Assembly: GCA_951406725.2 (NCBI GenBank)
Contig: OX597819.1
Coordinates: 118,668,001-118,732,000 of the forward strand
Source: Octopus vulgaris
Lineage: Eukaryota
DNA length: 64,000 nt
Direction: 5' to 3'
Shown: one piece after another, positions 1-13,142 of the stretch
How the letters are laid out: the number at the start of each line of letters is the position of its first letter
Numbering within the stretch: the stretch's first letter is position 1
Program-made: the position numbers and the translations under genes
The notes under the pieces: generated by a model
The model's database searches: none
What the model was told of the DNA's origin: nothing
The model's input: the letters and a program-made list of their open reading frames with translations, nothing else

Positions 1-539
1 GACATGTTATCATGTTCGTAAGTTGCCACGAACCGTAGCATTGAAAGTTTCAACCAAATAACAAAGTGTATGATTCATATGAAATCTCCGTAATTAGTGT
101 ACACTGAACTATTACCATACATTCGAATGCTCATTTGGATTTACCTGCAAAAAAGTACAAACAAAACAACACCTATACATAAAGCGATAACATCATAGGC
201 GAAAACTGAGTACAAATCTCCGCTGAAATAGTATGACTTCTAAAAGGTTTCCTTCACAACCCCATTGTTCCAGATGCATTCCTTTTGCGTAGCACATGAC
301 ACAAATATATTTCAGAAACTGTGAGCAGATTTCGTCGACAGAAACTAAAAACATTTCCGTCATATACACACGCGCCAGCACGAAGACGTTCCTGGTTGTA
401 AGAATATCGCGAAAGATTGGAGCCGTTATCAATAAGGGGGGGGGTTAAGAAACTCTTTAGGAGAAGATATGCAATAAATCATGATGGTATGCAATACATC
501 ATTCTCATTTTTGCAGATTGAAAGCATAATACAACTCCT

Positions 540-1612
540 ACAGTGGATCAGGCAAAACTGAAATACGAGTGATCATGAAGTTCCCAACTGTGCATAGTAA
601 ATGCGCGCCGGAAATGTAAGGCGAGATGAAGTAAGTGCTGAAGTATGACTTCTCATTTTAGCTAAGTGTCAAGGTTTCGGACTGGTCATTTCAAGGTCAG
701 ACATGATTCTCAGTCAGAGCAGTAAGCTTATGCGATTACAGAGGACAAAGCCGATGTTGTACACTTCATGATTCTGGAGGACCGCCGGAATTCAGTTAAA
801 GTCATAGCTCACACTCTGGGAATTTCCTGGGAAAGGGTTGGTTGCATCATCTATAAAACTCCAGACATGAGAAAGCTTTCCACAAGCTTTCCACAAAAGG
901 GTTCCGAACGCAGATCACTCGCGCATCAGAATGACGATATCAAAGGCGATTATTGTCCGGTTTACTGCAGGAGAGGCTATATTTATGACTCGTTTAATTA
1001 TAATAGATGTAAGTTGGCTTCAACATTATGATCTCCAGACCAAACAGCTATCAATGGATGCCGCAGCAGCTCACCATGTACCAAGAATTTTCGGGCCCCG
1101 ACGTCAACTGGAAAGATTCTGGCTTCACTGATTTAGGACTAAAAGAAAGTACTCCTCATAAAATACCTGCCAAAGAGTTGCACTATCAACGCAAAATGCT
1201 ACATTAAACTTGGAAGTGGAAAATATGTGAAACGTTGATGAGTTTTGTCCTGTTTTGCCGGGCAATGCACCACCACAGAAAGCACGTGACACTCTACAGA
1301 AATTATGCAATGTTGGCTTCGACTAGTTAGATCATCCAACTTACTCTCTTGATTTGGCCCACTCAGACCATCATCCATTTCCACAATACTCAAGAGAAGG
1401 AATTTCATTCCGATTCGGAAGTGATCGCTGCTACAGAGGCCTAGTTGGTGGTTCAACTTTCTGAGGTCTTTTTACAGGGCCTCGAAAAACTGATGGGTCG
1501 CTGCAATAAATGTGTGAATAAGAGAGGGGAATATGTCGAATAAAATCATAATTAACTAATCTTCCTATATTTCTTTTCACCCACATCCAGGAAATTTTCA
1601 ACGCGCTCACGT
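540..1612 (+). mobile_element. Degenerate mariner (DD34D-type) DNA transposon with frameshifted transposase
   Basis: Fragments ILEDRR..VIAHTLGISWERV (HTH), IIIDVSWLQHYDLQTKQLSM (TxDETWxxxYDPETK), GNAPPQ and DHPTYSLDLAHSDHHPF (HPPYSPDLAPSD); ends in TIR-like ...ttttcaacgcgctcacg-TA. Left end uncertain. Confidence 0.85.
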
Positions 1613-1689
1613 ATGTATAAATGTACGTGTGTGTGTGTGTGTGTGTGCATGTGTGTTTGTGTCTGTGTGTGTGTTTGTGTTTGTGGCTC

Positions 1690-1895
1690 TGTCTGTATCC
1701 TTCATCACTGCTTGGCACTCGGTTTTGCTATTATTGCGCCCCAGTAACATTATGATTTAACAAAAGAAAGTGATAGAATAATTATAAGCCCTTAAAGCAA
1801 AATCATGTATTGGTTTTAATTCGTTTGACTAAAATGCTTCAAAATATAGTGCTCCAGGATGTTCTGAGGGCAATGCTTGGAAGAAGCAAAAGAAA
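1690..1895 (+). mobile_element. Degenerate 3' half of the microsatellite-containing tRNA-SINE family
   Basis: Weak similarity to the reverse complement of the SINE bodies at 11546 and 28998 (gatagaataa, gtgctccag); follows a (GT)n tract. Confidence 0.5.
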
Positions 1896-1971
1896 AGCGG
1901 TAAGTAAATACAATAAATAGAATTATTCACATTCACACTGCGCGCACAGCACTTATGCATACATACATACA

Positions 1972-2010
<39 letters not shown>

Positions 2011-2017
<7 letters not shown>

Positions 2018-2200
2018 GTAAAAAATAAATACAGACATGGACAAGAACATGAAATACCAAACAGACGACACAAGAACCACAGGACGGGACATTCGGAGCC
2101 CTCAGTCATCAGTCAAGAACCAGATCATCTTCGCAATTTCGGCTGATTAATCTTGATAACGGTAAAGATAAAAAACAAAACAAAACCAGGACGTAGGACA
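2011..2200 (-). mobile_element. Probable PLE 3'-terminal fragment abutting (TA)n
   Basis: Unique island between TA/TATG tracts; minus strand has CTGATGA and a CCGAAA motif but no complete HHR fold. Confidence 0.35.
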
Positions 2201-2700
2201 GTATGTATGTATGTATATATATGTGTGTGTGTATGTTTGTGTGTATGTGTGTGTGTGTAATACGTATACTCACACACACACACATATACGCACGGCAGTA
2301 GCCTACGTACTGCCAGATTTGCGTTGCGGCCTCTGTAATGTGTGATTGAACTATTGAATAAGTTGGAGTAAAGAAGGAGCTAAGTTGGACATTTATTTGT
2401 AGTCATTACAAATGCGTCCACGCAACGTAGTTCTGCACATGTATGGTTATGTAACCGTTTCAATACATTATAAGATCTAGTTGTGTTTCCTCAGGTGATA
2501 ACATAAATATTTATAATATTTATATATCGTCTGAGAAATCACAACTAAATCTCAGAATGCAGGGAAACGGTTACGTTACCAAGTACCTGCAAGCCCGAAG
2601 GACTGTGTAGTCATTTCACCATGTGTACCGTCGGTCCTCTGCAAAATTTTTTCTCTCTCTGCTTTTTCGCATTCTTCTTCGATTTTTCTCACTTTCACTC

Positions 2701-2736
2701 CTTTCTGTCGAAGAGCGTAGGCTCGAAATGTAAAAG
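2701..2736 (+). ncRNA. Minimal type I hammerhead-like motif, variant core CUGUCGA
   Basis: CTTT-CTGTCGA-A-GAGC(GTAG)GCTC-GAA-A-TG-T-A-AAAG: stem I CTTT/AAAG, 4-bp stem II; relatives at 29418 and 48669. Confidence 0.55.
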
Positions 2737-3171
2737 ACGTTTTCCATTTTTCACGAGTGGGAAAATTAAGAGGCTTCTTTGTTGTTCCTTCATTCAATCG
2801 AACTACTAAAGATTTAATGCTTGGAAAATTTCATTTCTTCCGCTCTTAAGAAAAAGTTTTTGTCCGACGATTTTGAGAGTCAGATGTATTCTAGATCATA
2901 TGATTTATAGCGTTTATGAACAATGTCAGACGGGAGTAATTAACTGTGTAATTCTGTTCTCTGTAGCATATATATAAATGTGTGCAGCGGGTTCAAACTC
3001 TTTTCTGATATGGGTAACTTCCCGGCGTATTTTTTACCAATATACCCGTCATATTTACACTTCGAGATGGGAGTTAAGAACGAATAATTTACGAGAGTTT
3101 TGATGGTCATTTTCGTTAAAAACACCATCAAAACTACAGGCAAAATATGAATTACATCTTGACAACGCGAA

Positions 3172-3216
<45 letters not shown>

Positions 3217-4287
3217 TACTTATATGTATATGTGTTTGAGTGCGTGTGTATGTGTGTGTACAATATATGCTTAAATAAGTGCCTCTATTTATTTATTTAT
3301 ACAAAATCTGGTGCGTTTCTTTGAGATTTATATTTATCATTATATTCGGATAAATTCTGAGATTCTTCTTTCTAGATATTTCCTAATTCCTTTTCCTCTT
3401 TTACATATATACATATGCATGAAAAGCTGCGAAAGATTTCCTTGCTTGAAATAAACGTAAAGGCTAACGTATTATGGAGAAGCAGCTTGCTATTGGAGCA
3501 TTAATATATTCATTTGTATATATCGAAAGAAGGAAGTTTTGAGGGGAAATTATATGATAAATGTCATCGTTTGAGAAAACAAACGTTGGCGTTGAGAACT
3601 AGATGCGGATGCATATTTTGACAATTTAAGAAAAAACATTTATGAATATAACGACATTTATTGAAGAGCGCTCATTAAATATCTAAATAGCGATTCATTA
3701 CTTTGATGGATGATTAAAGATCTTCTCTGCCGTACATTTTCTGTAGGTATGACTTCCAGTTTTATATAGTTTGAATCATTTGACGGTCGTTTATTCAGTG
3801 TTCATAATTCATCTACTTCAGACACACTCAATTTCGAAAAATAAATGTTAATATGAAATTACAAGGCAAGAATTTAAACCACGCGATAATAAGTGTCATA
3901 TTTAAATACACCGATTCTGAAATAGACACAAAGAGGCACATTGCCCTGCACACGAATACATAGATATATATGTATACACATACGTATATATGCACATTTA
4001 TGTTTATATTGTTTTGGAAGCATATACAATATTCATATATCTATAAACGAGCTGAAACGCATAAACACATATGTATGCGGATAAGATTGCATACCACGCA
4101 TCTACAGACACGCAGAAACATATACGTAGAAATGGCCTCCACAAATTCACTTCAGACTCACAAAGCCTTGGTTAATTTGGCCTATTCTGGATATCAATTA
4201 CCAAAATGCCCCGTAGTTAGACTCCATCCAACGTAACCTGCTTCTAAATTGATCTCTTGAAGCAGTCTTACATATGCTTCACATTTC

Positions 4288-4356
<69 letters not shown>

Positions 4357-4405
4357 AAACTAGTCAAAAATAGAAAATGCTAAGATAATTTTATAGTGAA
4401 TCTTT

Positions 4406-4443
4406 CAGTACCGGTTTCGGTCATTTTGAGACCTTTTCAACTG
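4406..4443 (-). ncRNA. Type I hammerhead motif (U3-A8 variant), inverted copy
   Basis: Reverse complement of 5087-5124. Confidence 0.7.
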
Positions 4444-5086
4444 TAACGATTAAATGATTAAATTTAGAAAAATTAGAAGAAAAGTTTTTTTAAGGGAATA
4501 TTTCAATAGTAGTGTTCAGATATAAGTGGCATTCTGCCTTTCTCTGACTCCCTTGTTTGCACTTGTGTGTTCGAGGTCGTTGTGAGTTCTTGGTAGGGTA
4601 GGAGAAGCAGAAGGCTGATGTGGAGAGGGGGTGGAGAAATCTGGGAATGCCTTGATGGTCGTAGTTTGAATGGTCAGTGGCGGACAGCAGTCGCATTTCA
4701 ATTCAGGAATTGTTTATGGAATTTGCGTAGGCGTTATACTGAAAGGCATTAGTGACAAGGTTAAGGGGTAGAAGGTGGAGAAGTAGAAGAAGAAGAAGAT
4801 GACGATGTTGATGATGATGATGAAGAAGAAGAAGAAGAAGAAGAAGGAGAAGAAGATGATGATGATGATGGTGGTGATGATGATGACGACGATGATGATG
4901 ATAATGATAATGATGAAGTCTGCTTCTCCTACCCTACCAAGAACTCACAACGACCTCGAACACACAAGTGCAAACAAGGGAGTCAGAGAAAGGCAGAATG
5001 CCACTTATATCTGAACACTACTATAGAAATATTCCCTTAAAAAAACTTTTCTTCTAATTTTTCTAAATTTAATTATTTAATCGTTA

Positions 5087-5124
5087 CAGTTGAAAAGGTC
5101 TCAAAATGACCGAAACCGGTACTG
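5087..5124 (+). ncRNA. Minimal type I hammerhead motif, UUGAAAA core (U3-A8), palindromic stem III
   Basis: CAG-TTGAAAA-GGTC(TCAAAAT)GACC-GAA-ACCGGT-A-CTG; stem I CAG/CTG. Confidence 0.7.
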
Positions 5125-5211
5125 AAAGATTCACTATACAATTATCTTAGCATTTTCTATTTTTGACTTGTTTTTTCATATATATCAACTCGTGTGTTCC
5201 TTTCCACCCTT

Positions 5212-5250
<39 letters not shown>

Positions 5251-5333
5251 GGTCCCGGGTTGAGTCGGGGTTAACCACAGTAAATAAGGTACTCAATACA
5301 TAGCAGAGTAAAATTAATTTATTATATAGAAGG

Positions 5334-5384
5334 AGCTTCTACAGGACTAGTACTGTTTCATTCAAGAGAAATCTTCAGGAAGCT
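5334..5384 (-). ncRNA. Type I hammerhead ribozyme motif
   Basis: Minus strand AGCTTC-CTGAAGA-TTTC(TCTT)GAAT-GAA-ACAG(TACTAGTC)CTGT-A-GAAGCT: 6-bp stem I, 4-bp stem III, GUA cleavage triplet. Confidence 0.8.
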
Positions 5385-5829
5385 ATTTAACAAGAATTGT
5401 ATTAGCATTTATACATTTAGGCGGGTTTAAAGGAGTGGTGGTGGGGGACTTTTTTGGGGGTAGGCATAGCGCAAAATATCATACTTGGGGGAGTGGTCAA
5501 GGAGTCAGTGGTAAGTTAGATGAAAGAATAGATAAATAAAAAAATAAAAAAATAAAAAAATAAAAGAAATTAAAAAAATAAAAAAATAAAAAAATAAAAA
5601 AATAAAAAAATAAAATAAAATAATAAAATAAAAAAATAAAAAATAAAAAAATAAAATAAAAAATAAAAAATAAAAAATAAAAAATAAAATATAAAATATA
5701 AAATATAAAAAAATAAAAAAATAAAAAATAAAAAATAAAAAATATATATAAAAAATATATATATAAAATATATATATATAAAGGGGGGGATAGAGTTATA
5801 GGTAAATAAGGAGATTCTCACTTATACCT

Positions 5830-5865
5830 ATACACATATGTATACGTATCTACACACATATATAT

Positions 5866-5904
<39 letters not shown>

Positions 5905-6214
5905 ACACATACATACACACACATATACATACATATCTACATACACACATACATACACCCGCCCACATATACAAATTTATACACATGCACATGCATATAC
6001 CTGTCTACACATACACACACGTATATATGCATACACTCACTCCCATGCATGCACGCATACACACATGTGTATATATATACCCACGACCACACATACATAT
6101 ATACACACAGAGAAATATATATTCATACGCACATACACTCATGCACACACAACACCCCTAGTTCCCTATATACACATATTTACACCTATATATACATACA
6201 CCCACATACACATA

Positions 6215-6266
<52 letters not shown>

Positions 6267-6363
6267 TGCATACATATATATACATGTGTGCACATACATA
6301 CATATACACACATACATACACATACACATACACATGTGTACCTATACATACCTACACATACAC

Positions 6364-6412
<49 letters not shown>

Positions 6413-6738
6413 CCAATACAGGCCCATTCCCTAATTTTAATTTTATTATCTTCATTTATTACTTTTGTTATCTTTGATCGCTAGAGCTAAGGATCCTGGC
6501 TATGGCAGCATGTCCATTTGTCTGTCTACTAGAAGGCAAGTACTCATTCCCGCACGCACACTCATTAGCACGTACATTCACCCATTCGTACACTCATACA
6601 CATACACGTACGCACGCGTTATATTCATACATACAAACATCTACATACGTTCACGTATATACACATACGTACTCGTACCTACAGATTCGTGTCTACACTT
6701 TAGGAGGCTAGTCTATACATATACACCAATAAATATAC

Positions 6739-6769
<31 letters not shown>

Positions 6770-6805
6770 TACACACACACATATACTCCTACATACAGAT
6801 ACATA

Positions 6806-6845
<40 letters not shown>

Positions 6846-7218
6846 CATACACATACACACATATATATACACACACATACATACACATATATATACAAAC
6901 ACAAACATATATACACACTCACACATACATATACAAATATACGCACACACATACATACATACACGTATACACATACACGCACATACACATATACATGCGT
7001 ACCCATACACGTGCACACACGCACGCGCATCCATATATATACACACACACACATATATACACGTGTGCAAGCATACATACATACTCATACAAGCACACAT
7101 ACTTACATATACATATATGCACACACTTACACACATACATACATACACATATACATGCATACATACATATATGCATACATACACACACGCACTCATATAT
7201 ATATATATATACACATAT

Positions 7219-7255
<37 letters not shown>

Positions 7256-7522
7256 CACATACATACACATATACATATACATACACATACACATACATAC
7301 ATATATATACACATATATACACATATACACATACATATATACACATATACATACATATACATACACACACACATACAAATATACATATACACTGATACAC
7401 ATACCCATACATATATATATATATACACACACACACACATATACACATGCATATACTTATATCTCTACATACTCACATATAAACATATATACATATACAC
7501 ACATACATATATACATGTACAT

Positions 7523-7563
<41 letters not shown>

Positions 7564-7564
7564 C

Positions 7565-7599
<35 letters not shown>

Positions 7600-8270
7600 T
7601 ACATATACACATATACATGCATACATACGCAATAATGATACACATATATACACATACACACACACAGACAGATGCATATACATACATATATATATAAATA
7701 TCATATCTAATTAAATACATACATAATACACATATACACACACATATATATACATACATATACATATATAAATATACATACACATACATACACACACACG
7801 CACACACATACATATACACACACATATACAAATACATACATATACACACACACATATACAAATACATACATACACACATACACACACACACATATATATA
7901 CATACATGTACACATATACATATATATATATCAACAAGGGAGGGTAAAGTTAATTAGTTATTAATCAATTTCACCAAGTATTCAGTATGTAAAGGGACCA
8001 TTATTATTTTGAGTAAACAATGTTAGAGGGAAAAAATTCTCTAAGTAGTGGAAGAGGCTAAAAAACTTTATTGGCTGCTATTTCTAGAAAGTTTAGTATG
8101 TGGCAAAGTAATTTATTTTATTTTACTAAGCCCTAATTATATAATATTTTATACATACATACACATACATAAACACATACATTTACACATACACATGCAT
8201 ATACATATATACACATATACATACAAACACATATACATATATACACACACACACACATACAAGCACATAC

Positions 8271-8323
<53 letters not shown>

Positions 8324-8470
8324 AATATATATACACATATATATATATTCTTACATGCATACATACATACACACACACATAATACATGCGTATATTCCTA
8401 CTGTACCCATGCATTTCTATACATATATACATACATACGATACACATATACAAGCGTGCACATACAATAT
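5830..8470. repeat. Complex (TA)/(CA)/(TACA) low-complexity region in the PLE 3' region
   Basis: Seen directly; its first 300 bp are copied almost exactly in the inverted arm at 8974-9280. Confidence 0.9.
7933..8140. mobile_element. Mini PLE remnant: 3' tail (minus) joined to an inverted pLTR end (plus)
   Basis: 7941-8003 resembles 11231-11303; 8073-8138 resembles 16250-16304 and the reverse complement of 11348-11400. Confidence 0.5.
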
Positions 8471-8545
8471 GTGAAAGGTCTTAGGATAAAAGGTAATCGG
8501 GGGTGCTAGGGGAACAGTGGGGTTGGGGGTGTAGGGGGGTTGTCA

Positions 8546-8973
8546 TCAATCAGGTTGCCGGGTAGGTCTATAGTTCTTGTAGTTCGCATACTTCTTATGC
8601 ATGCAATTTGGGGAGTGTTCTGAAAATTTGTTAAGGAGAGGGCCTTTGGCGAACAAGATCTCTAGGCTCTCTGATATGCATAGGTCACAGCAGGTATGTC
8701 CTCCTGTGTACGAGCGCGCCTTCTGTAGTAGTTTCCACTTGGTCTTGAAGGGGATTGAGTTCCTTTTAAGGTACCATATGTGGGCGGCGAGGGTAGTTTG
8801 GTTGGATTTATCCTGTCGCCGGAACGAGTGTGTATGTGCGTACCAGCGGGTCTTAAAGCTGTTTGACGTCATTCCAATGTAGGATTTACTTTTATCGTCA
8901 AGGCCTGATCTTACCTCGCATTTATATACTAGGTCCCTCTGTAGGCAGTTGTTGTTGAGGGGGCAGGTGGTTT
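8546..8973 (-). CDS. C-terminal GIY-YIG endonuclease of a Penelope-like element (5'-truncated, frame open to stop)
   Basis: CPLNNNCLQRDLVYKC...SYIGMTSNSFKTRWYAH...LAAHIWYLK...WKLL...CDLCISE...LLNK: LVY/YIG, catalytic R, E, N; no CxxC between GIY and YIG, recalling the (TA)n-targeting Hydra-type PLEs. Confidence 0.9.
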
Positions 8974-9195
8974 TATGTGCGTATGAATATATATTTCTCT
9001 GTGTGTATATATGTATGTGTGGTCGTGGGTATATATATACATGTGTGTATGCGTGCATGCATGGGAGTGAGTGTATGCATATATACGTGTGTGTATGTGT
9101 AGACAGGTATATGCATGTGCATGTGTATAAATTTGTATATGTGGGCGGGTGTATGTATGTGTGTATGTAGATATGTCTGTATATGTGTGTGTATG

Positions 9196-9236
<41 letters not shown>

Positions 9237-9733
9237 ATATATATGTGTGTAGATACGTATACATATGTGTATAGGTATAAGTGAGAATCTCCTTATTTAC
9301 CTATAACTCTATCCCCCCCTTTATATATATATTTTTTATATATATATTTTTTATATATATTTTTTATTTTTTATTTTTTATTTTTTATTTTTTTATTTTT
9401 TTTTTTTTTTTTATTTTTTATTTTTATTTTTTTTTTTTTTTTTTTATTTTATTATTTTATTATTTTATTTTTTTATTTTTTTATTTTTTTTTTTTTTATT
9501 TATCTATTCTTTCATCTAACTTACCACTGACTCCTTGACCACTCCCCCAAGTATGATATTTTGCGCTATGCCTACCCCCAAAAAAGTCCCCCACCACCAC
9601 TCCTTTAAACCTGCCTAAATGTATAAATGCTAATACAATTCTTGTTAAATAGCTTCCTGAAGATTTCTATTCTTGTTAAATAGCTTCCTGAAGATTTCTA
9701 CAGTACTAGTCCTGTAGAAGCTCATTCTATATA

Positions 9734-9769
<36 letters not shown>

Positions 9770-9816
9770 TAAGCTCTCATCCATACGCACAAACAAGCAA
9801 AGACGCAAATATATAT

Positions 9817-10033
9817 TTCTTTACTACTCACAAGGGGCCAACACAAAGGGAACAAACAAGGACAGACAAACGGATTAAGTCGATTACATCGACCCTTGTG
9901 CGTAACTGGTACTTAATTTATCGACCCCGAAATGCTGAAAGGCAAAGTCGACCACTCGGAACGTAACGGCAGACGAATTACAGCTACGCATTTCGCCCGG
10001 CGTGCTAACGTTTCTGCCAGCTCGCCGCCCTTA
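9817..10033 (-). mobile_element. tRNA-derived SINE with 18-bp TSD
   Basis: Head ggcggcgagctggcagaaacgttagcacg on minus; TSD aaagacgcaaatatatat at 9799-9816 and 10034-10051; same family as 63027. Confidence 0.9.
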
Positions 10034-10889
10034 AAAGACGCAAATATATATAAGCAAGATGACAGAGAGAGTGAGGCACACAACAGACTGACGAATGTGA
10101 AGCAAGATGAAACATAGGGCGAATGCGGAGACTGAAATGTAGTTTTTCTAGAACTAGGCATATTCATATAATTATGAAAACTAACAAGAAATGTAAGTTT
10201 GAATAGCAACTGTATGAATTGCAATACGCATTTGTTACTGACGCTTCTGAAGGTTAATACAATAATGATTAATAACATTTAATCGACTGTTGTTCTGGAC
10301 ATCAAACGTTGGTAGCTGAAATAATCTGCTAAAACAAATCATTACTTATTGAAATATTTGTCTATAACATGCTTTAATATGTCTGGTTCATGGAAACAGC
10401 AACATATAACGAGTGAACACATTTGTCGCGTTTGTGTTTCGACAACATTTTTATCACGCGAAATGTTTTCGCTTTTATGGCAATAAAGAGGATTTGTGTA
10501 CTTTTTGTGGTACTTAAGAATAATAAAAAAAAAAAAACTGTAATCAATACAAATAAAGCGAGTAATATCAGATAACGCGATTAAACGGCGTATTCTTGGT
10601 TTTGTGTATTAAACGTAAGTGAAAATTATACTAGTCTGAAGCAATTTACATCACTTGTCAAAGTTGGTATTTTATGTGATAAATACAGAGAAACAAAATA
10701 TGGACGTTTTGTTATAATATTCAGTGAAATAAATATAAGTATTGGAAAACTCTGTTAAGAACGTACACTTCAAGTAACGAAGATGCTTATAGATATATGT
10801 ACATAGACAACGACAGCATATACACGCAGGCATGGACAAATATCTATTTAGTGATACTAAGATAAAACAAACGCGAATGTATGTATTTT

Positions 10890-11165
10890 TTTATCCTTTA
10901 TTTCTTTCAGTCATTACACTGGGGTCATACAATGGTACCAATACGCAGAATTTTAGTGGGAAAAATCGACCTCTTACTTTAATTAGTTTAAGCCTGTCCC
11001 GCCAAATTTTGGAATTTGTGCCTAGAGTAGTAAAGAATCTCTAATTTACGGTGACTTACACGCTAACCCCGGTTGTCAACATGTTACAAACATCGGCCCA
11101 AAATGCCAAACAGTGGGACTGAACCGCGAAATATGTGGTTGCGAATCAAATCTCTCACCGCACAA
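10890..11165 (-). mobile_element. Degenerate composite SINE
   Basis: Contains tttcagtcatt, gtgcctagagtag and cagtgggactgaacc..atgtggttg motifs shared with other SINE copies here. Confidence 0.5.
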
Positions 11166-11186
11166 TCCCTCCTGATATATATATAA

Positions 11187-11228
<42 letters not shown>

Positions 11229-11231
<3 letters not shown>

Positions 11232-11520
11232 GGGTAAAATTAATTATTCGATTAATAATTAATAATTTTACCAAGTAGTTCGGTATGTTAAAAGAACCAT
11301 TATCGGTAACCTTATACAAAAATTCTGTGATTATAAGCATAATATTAATTAGGGTTTAACAAAAATCGATTCACCACATACAGAAATTTAGAAATAGCAG
11401 TTAAATACAATTTCAGTATCATAAGATATCTCCCAGACAGTAATACTCTCAATTCAGAGGGAAAAAAATAACGAATATATCCGGCTTTCATTAACTATAT
11501 TTGCGTTTCTGGGTTAAAGA
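11229..11520 (-). mobile_element. Probable PLE 3' end (pLTR end plus tail) abutting (TAA)n
   Basis: Shares the CTGCTATTTCTA..GTATGTGG..CCCTAATT motif and tail with 7933-8140 and 16250-16304. Confidence 0.5.
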
Positions 11521-11545
11521 GATGTAAAATATTTAAAATCCGATT

Positions 11546-11912
11546 TCTCTACTTTTCTCTTTTACTTGTTTCAGTCATTTGACTGCGGCCATGCTGCCGC
11601 ACCGCCTTTAGTCGAGAAAATCAAAGCCCCGGACTTATTCTTTGTAATCCTAGGACTTATTCTAGCGGTCTCTTTTGCCGAAACTCTAAGTTACGGGGAC
11701 GTAAACACACCACCATACACACACACACACACACATACACACACACACACATATATATATATAAGACGGGCTTCTTCCAGTTTCCGTCTACCAAATCCAC
11801 TCACAAGGCTTTAGTCGGCCCACGGCTATAGTAGAAGACACTTGCCCAAGGTGCCATACAGTGGGACTGAAACCATGAGATGTGGTTGATAAGCAAGCTA
11901 CTTACCACACAA
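11546..11912 (-). mobile_element. tRNA-derived SINE with internal (CA)n/(TA)n microsatellite
   Basis: Near-identical to copies at 25612 and 28998; B-box-like tttcagtcccactg; short-repeat tail. Confidence 0.9.
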
Positions 11913-12624
11913 CTTACTCACGTCATCAGTATACTAATTCAATTTAAATTTGACATCACACGCACACACACGTCCATTTCATATACACGCACATCCATAT
12001 GTTACTTCCATTTCTCTTTTTAAAGCAAATGTCTCCTTTTCACTTTCTCTTCTCTTTTAATTTCTGCTCTCTTCAAAGCATAAATAAATAAATAAATATT
12101 TACGGAAATCAACGCACAATCGTATGATCTCATGTGATTGACCACATAATCGAGTTGACAACTTTGGTGCTTCAAACGAAAGAATGCCATAGAATGACTT
12201 CCTTCGGCACTCACACTCACACACACACATTCTCTCTCGCACACACACGCACACACACATTCTTTCTCTCTCTCTCTTTCTACGTAAAACTTCTATACGA
12301 TTTGTTACATCTCTAACTGTGCACACACACACAATTACAGCTGAAATGCAATTGACCTTATTCTATTGTGTAATTTATGCTTATGATAAGCGTTTCAGGC
12401 ATTTGAATGTGGCTATCGCTTTAGTTGAGCAAATCTACCCCAAGATTTATTCTTTGTAAGCCTATTACTTATTCTATCGGTATCTATCTATCGGCCCCTA
12501 GAGCAGTGGAAGAATGTCATTGTCTCAGACAAGTCATCCGTTACCTTATTTCCGACCACCTGCCGATTATACGTGCGGAGACAGCCAATAGAAGCATTTG
12601 GCCCAGACTGCCTTCTCCTAATTG

Positions 12625-13142
12625 TTAAACATGGTGGAGAATCTTTGATGATCTGGTGGGATATATCTTGGAAATCCGACGGCCCAATGGTTTCCCTTCA
12701 TAGCAGAATTAATATTCAAGTCTATTGAAGCATATTACCGGATCAAATTCATCCTATGGCTGCGGAACTGTCTCCGGAAGAAACACAATCTTTCAGGATG
12801 ACAAATTCTCCTATTCACACAGCTAAATGTGTTTCTGAATGGCACAAGTAACCTTCTAGTGACGTTGAACATCTTATCTGGCCAAACATTCACCAGATCT
12901 CAATATTACTGAACATTTATGGTGCATTTTAGAAATCAATTAAGGAGTCGATATCCTCCACCTTCACCACTGCAAGAAATGGACACTATTTTAGCTGAAG
13001 AATGGACAGCAATAATTCATACTTTGTACGAATCCAAACCTCGTGGAATTGAAGTAATTAATGCCAAAGGCTGTCCTACCCCATATTAAAATAAATTTGT
13101 TTGAAATTTGAAGATGTTTACATTCTTTTGTGCAACTTCTGT
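12625..13142 (+). mobile_element. Degenerate Tc1-like (DD34E) transposon, 3' half
   Basis: DQIHPM, FQDD..PIHTAKCVSEW, WP-SPDLNITEHLW, INAKGCPTPY-stop; terminus ...tgtgcaacttctg-TA. Confidence 0.85.

Larger units (their letters stand above)
4353..5211. mobile_element. PLE-derived inverted-repeat element: arms 4353-4611 and 4919-5177 (259 bp), tail to 5211, (TA)n both sides
   Basis: Arms are reverse complements with about 4 substitutions; each carries an HHR motif; spacer contains (GAA)/(GAT) repeats. Confidence 0.85.
5248..9739 (-). mobile_element. 5'-truncated Penelope-like retroelement with inverted terminal copy (arms 5318-6135 and 8974-9739), inserted in (TA)n
   Basis: GIY-YIG ORF end at 8546-8973, about 3.3 kb low-complexity 3' region, HHR near the 3' end, about 0.8-kb inverted duplicate at the 5' end; same terminus recurs at 20604. 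Confidence 0.85.

Noticed and set aside
1-450. piggyBac-like end (gggggggTTAA at about 437-449)
   Set aside because: No partner TIR or transposase visible in the window.
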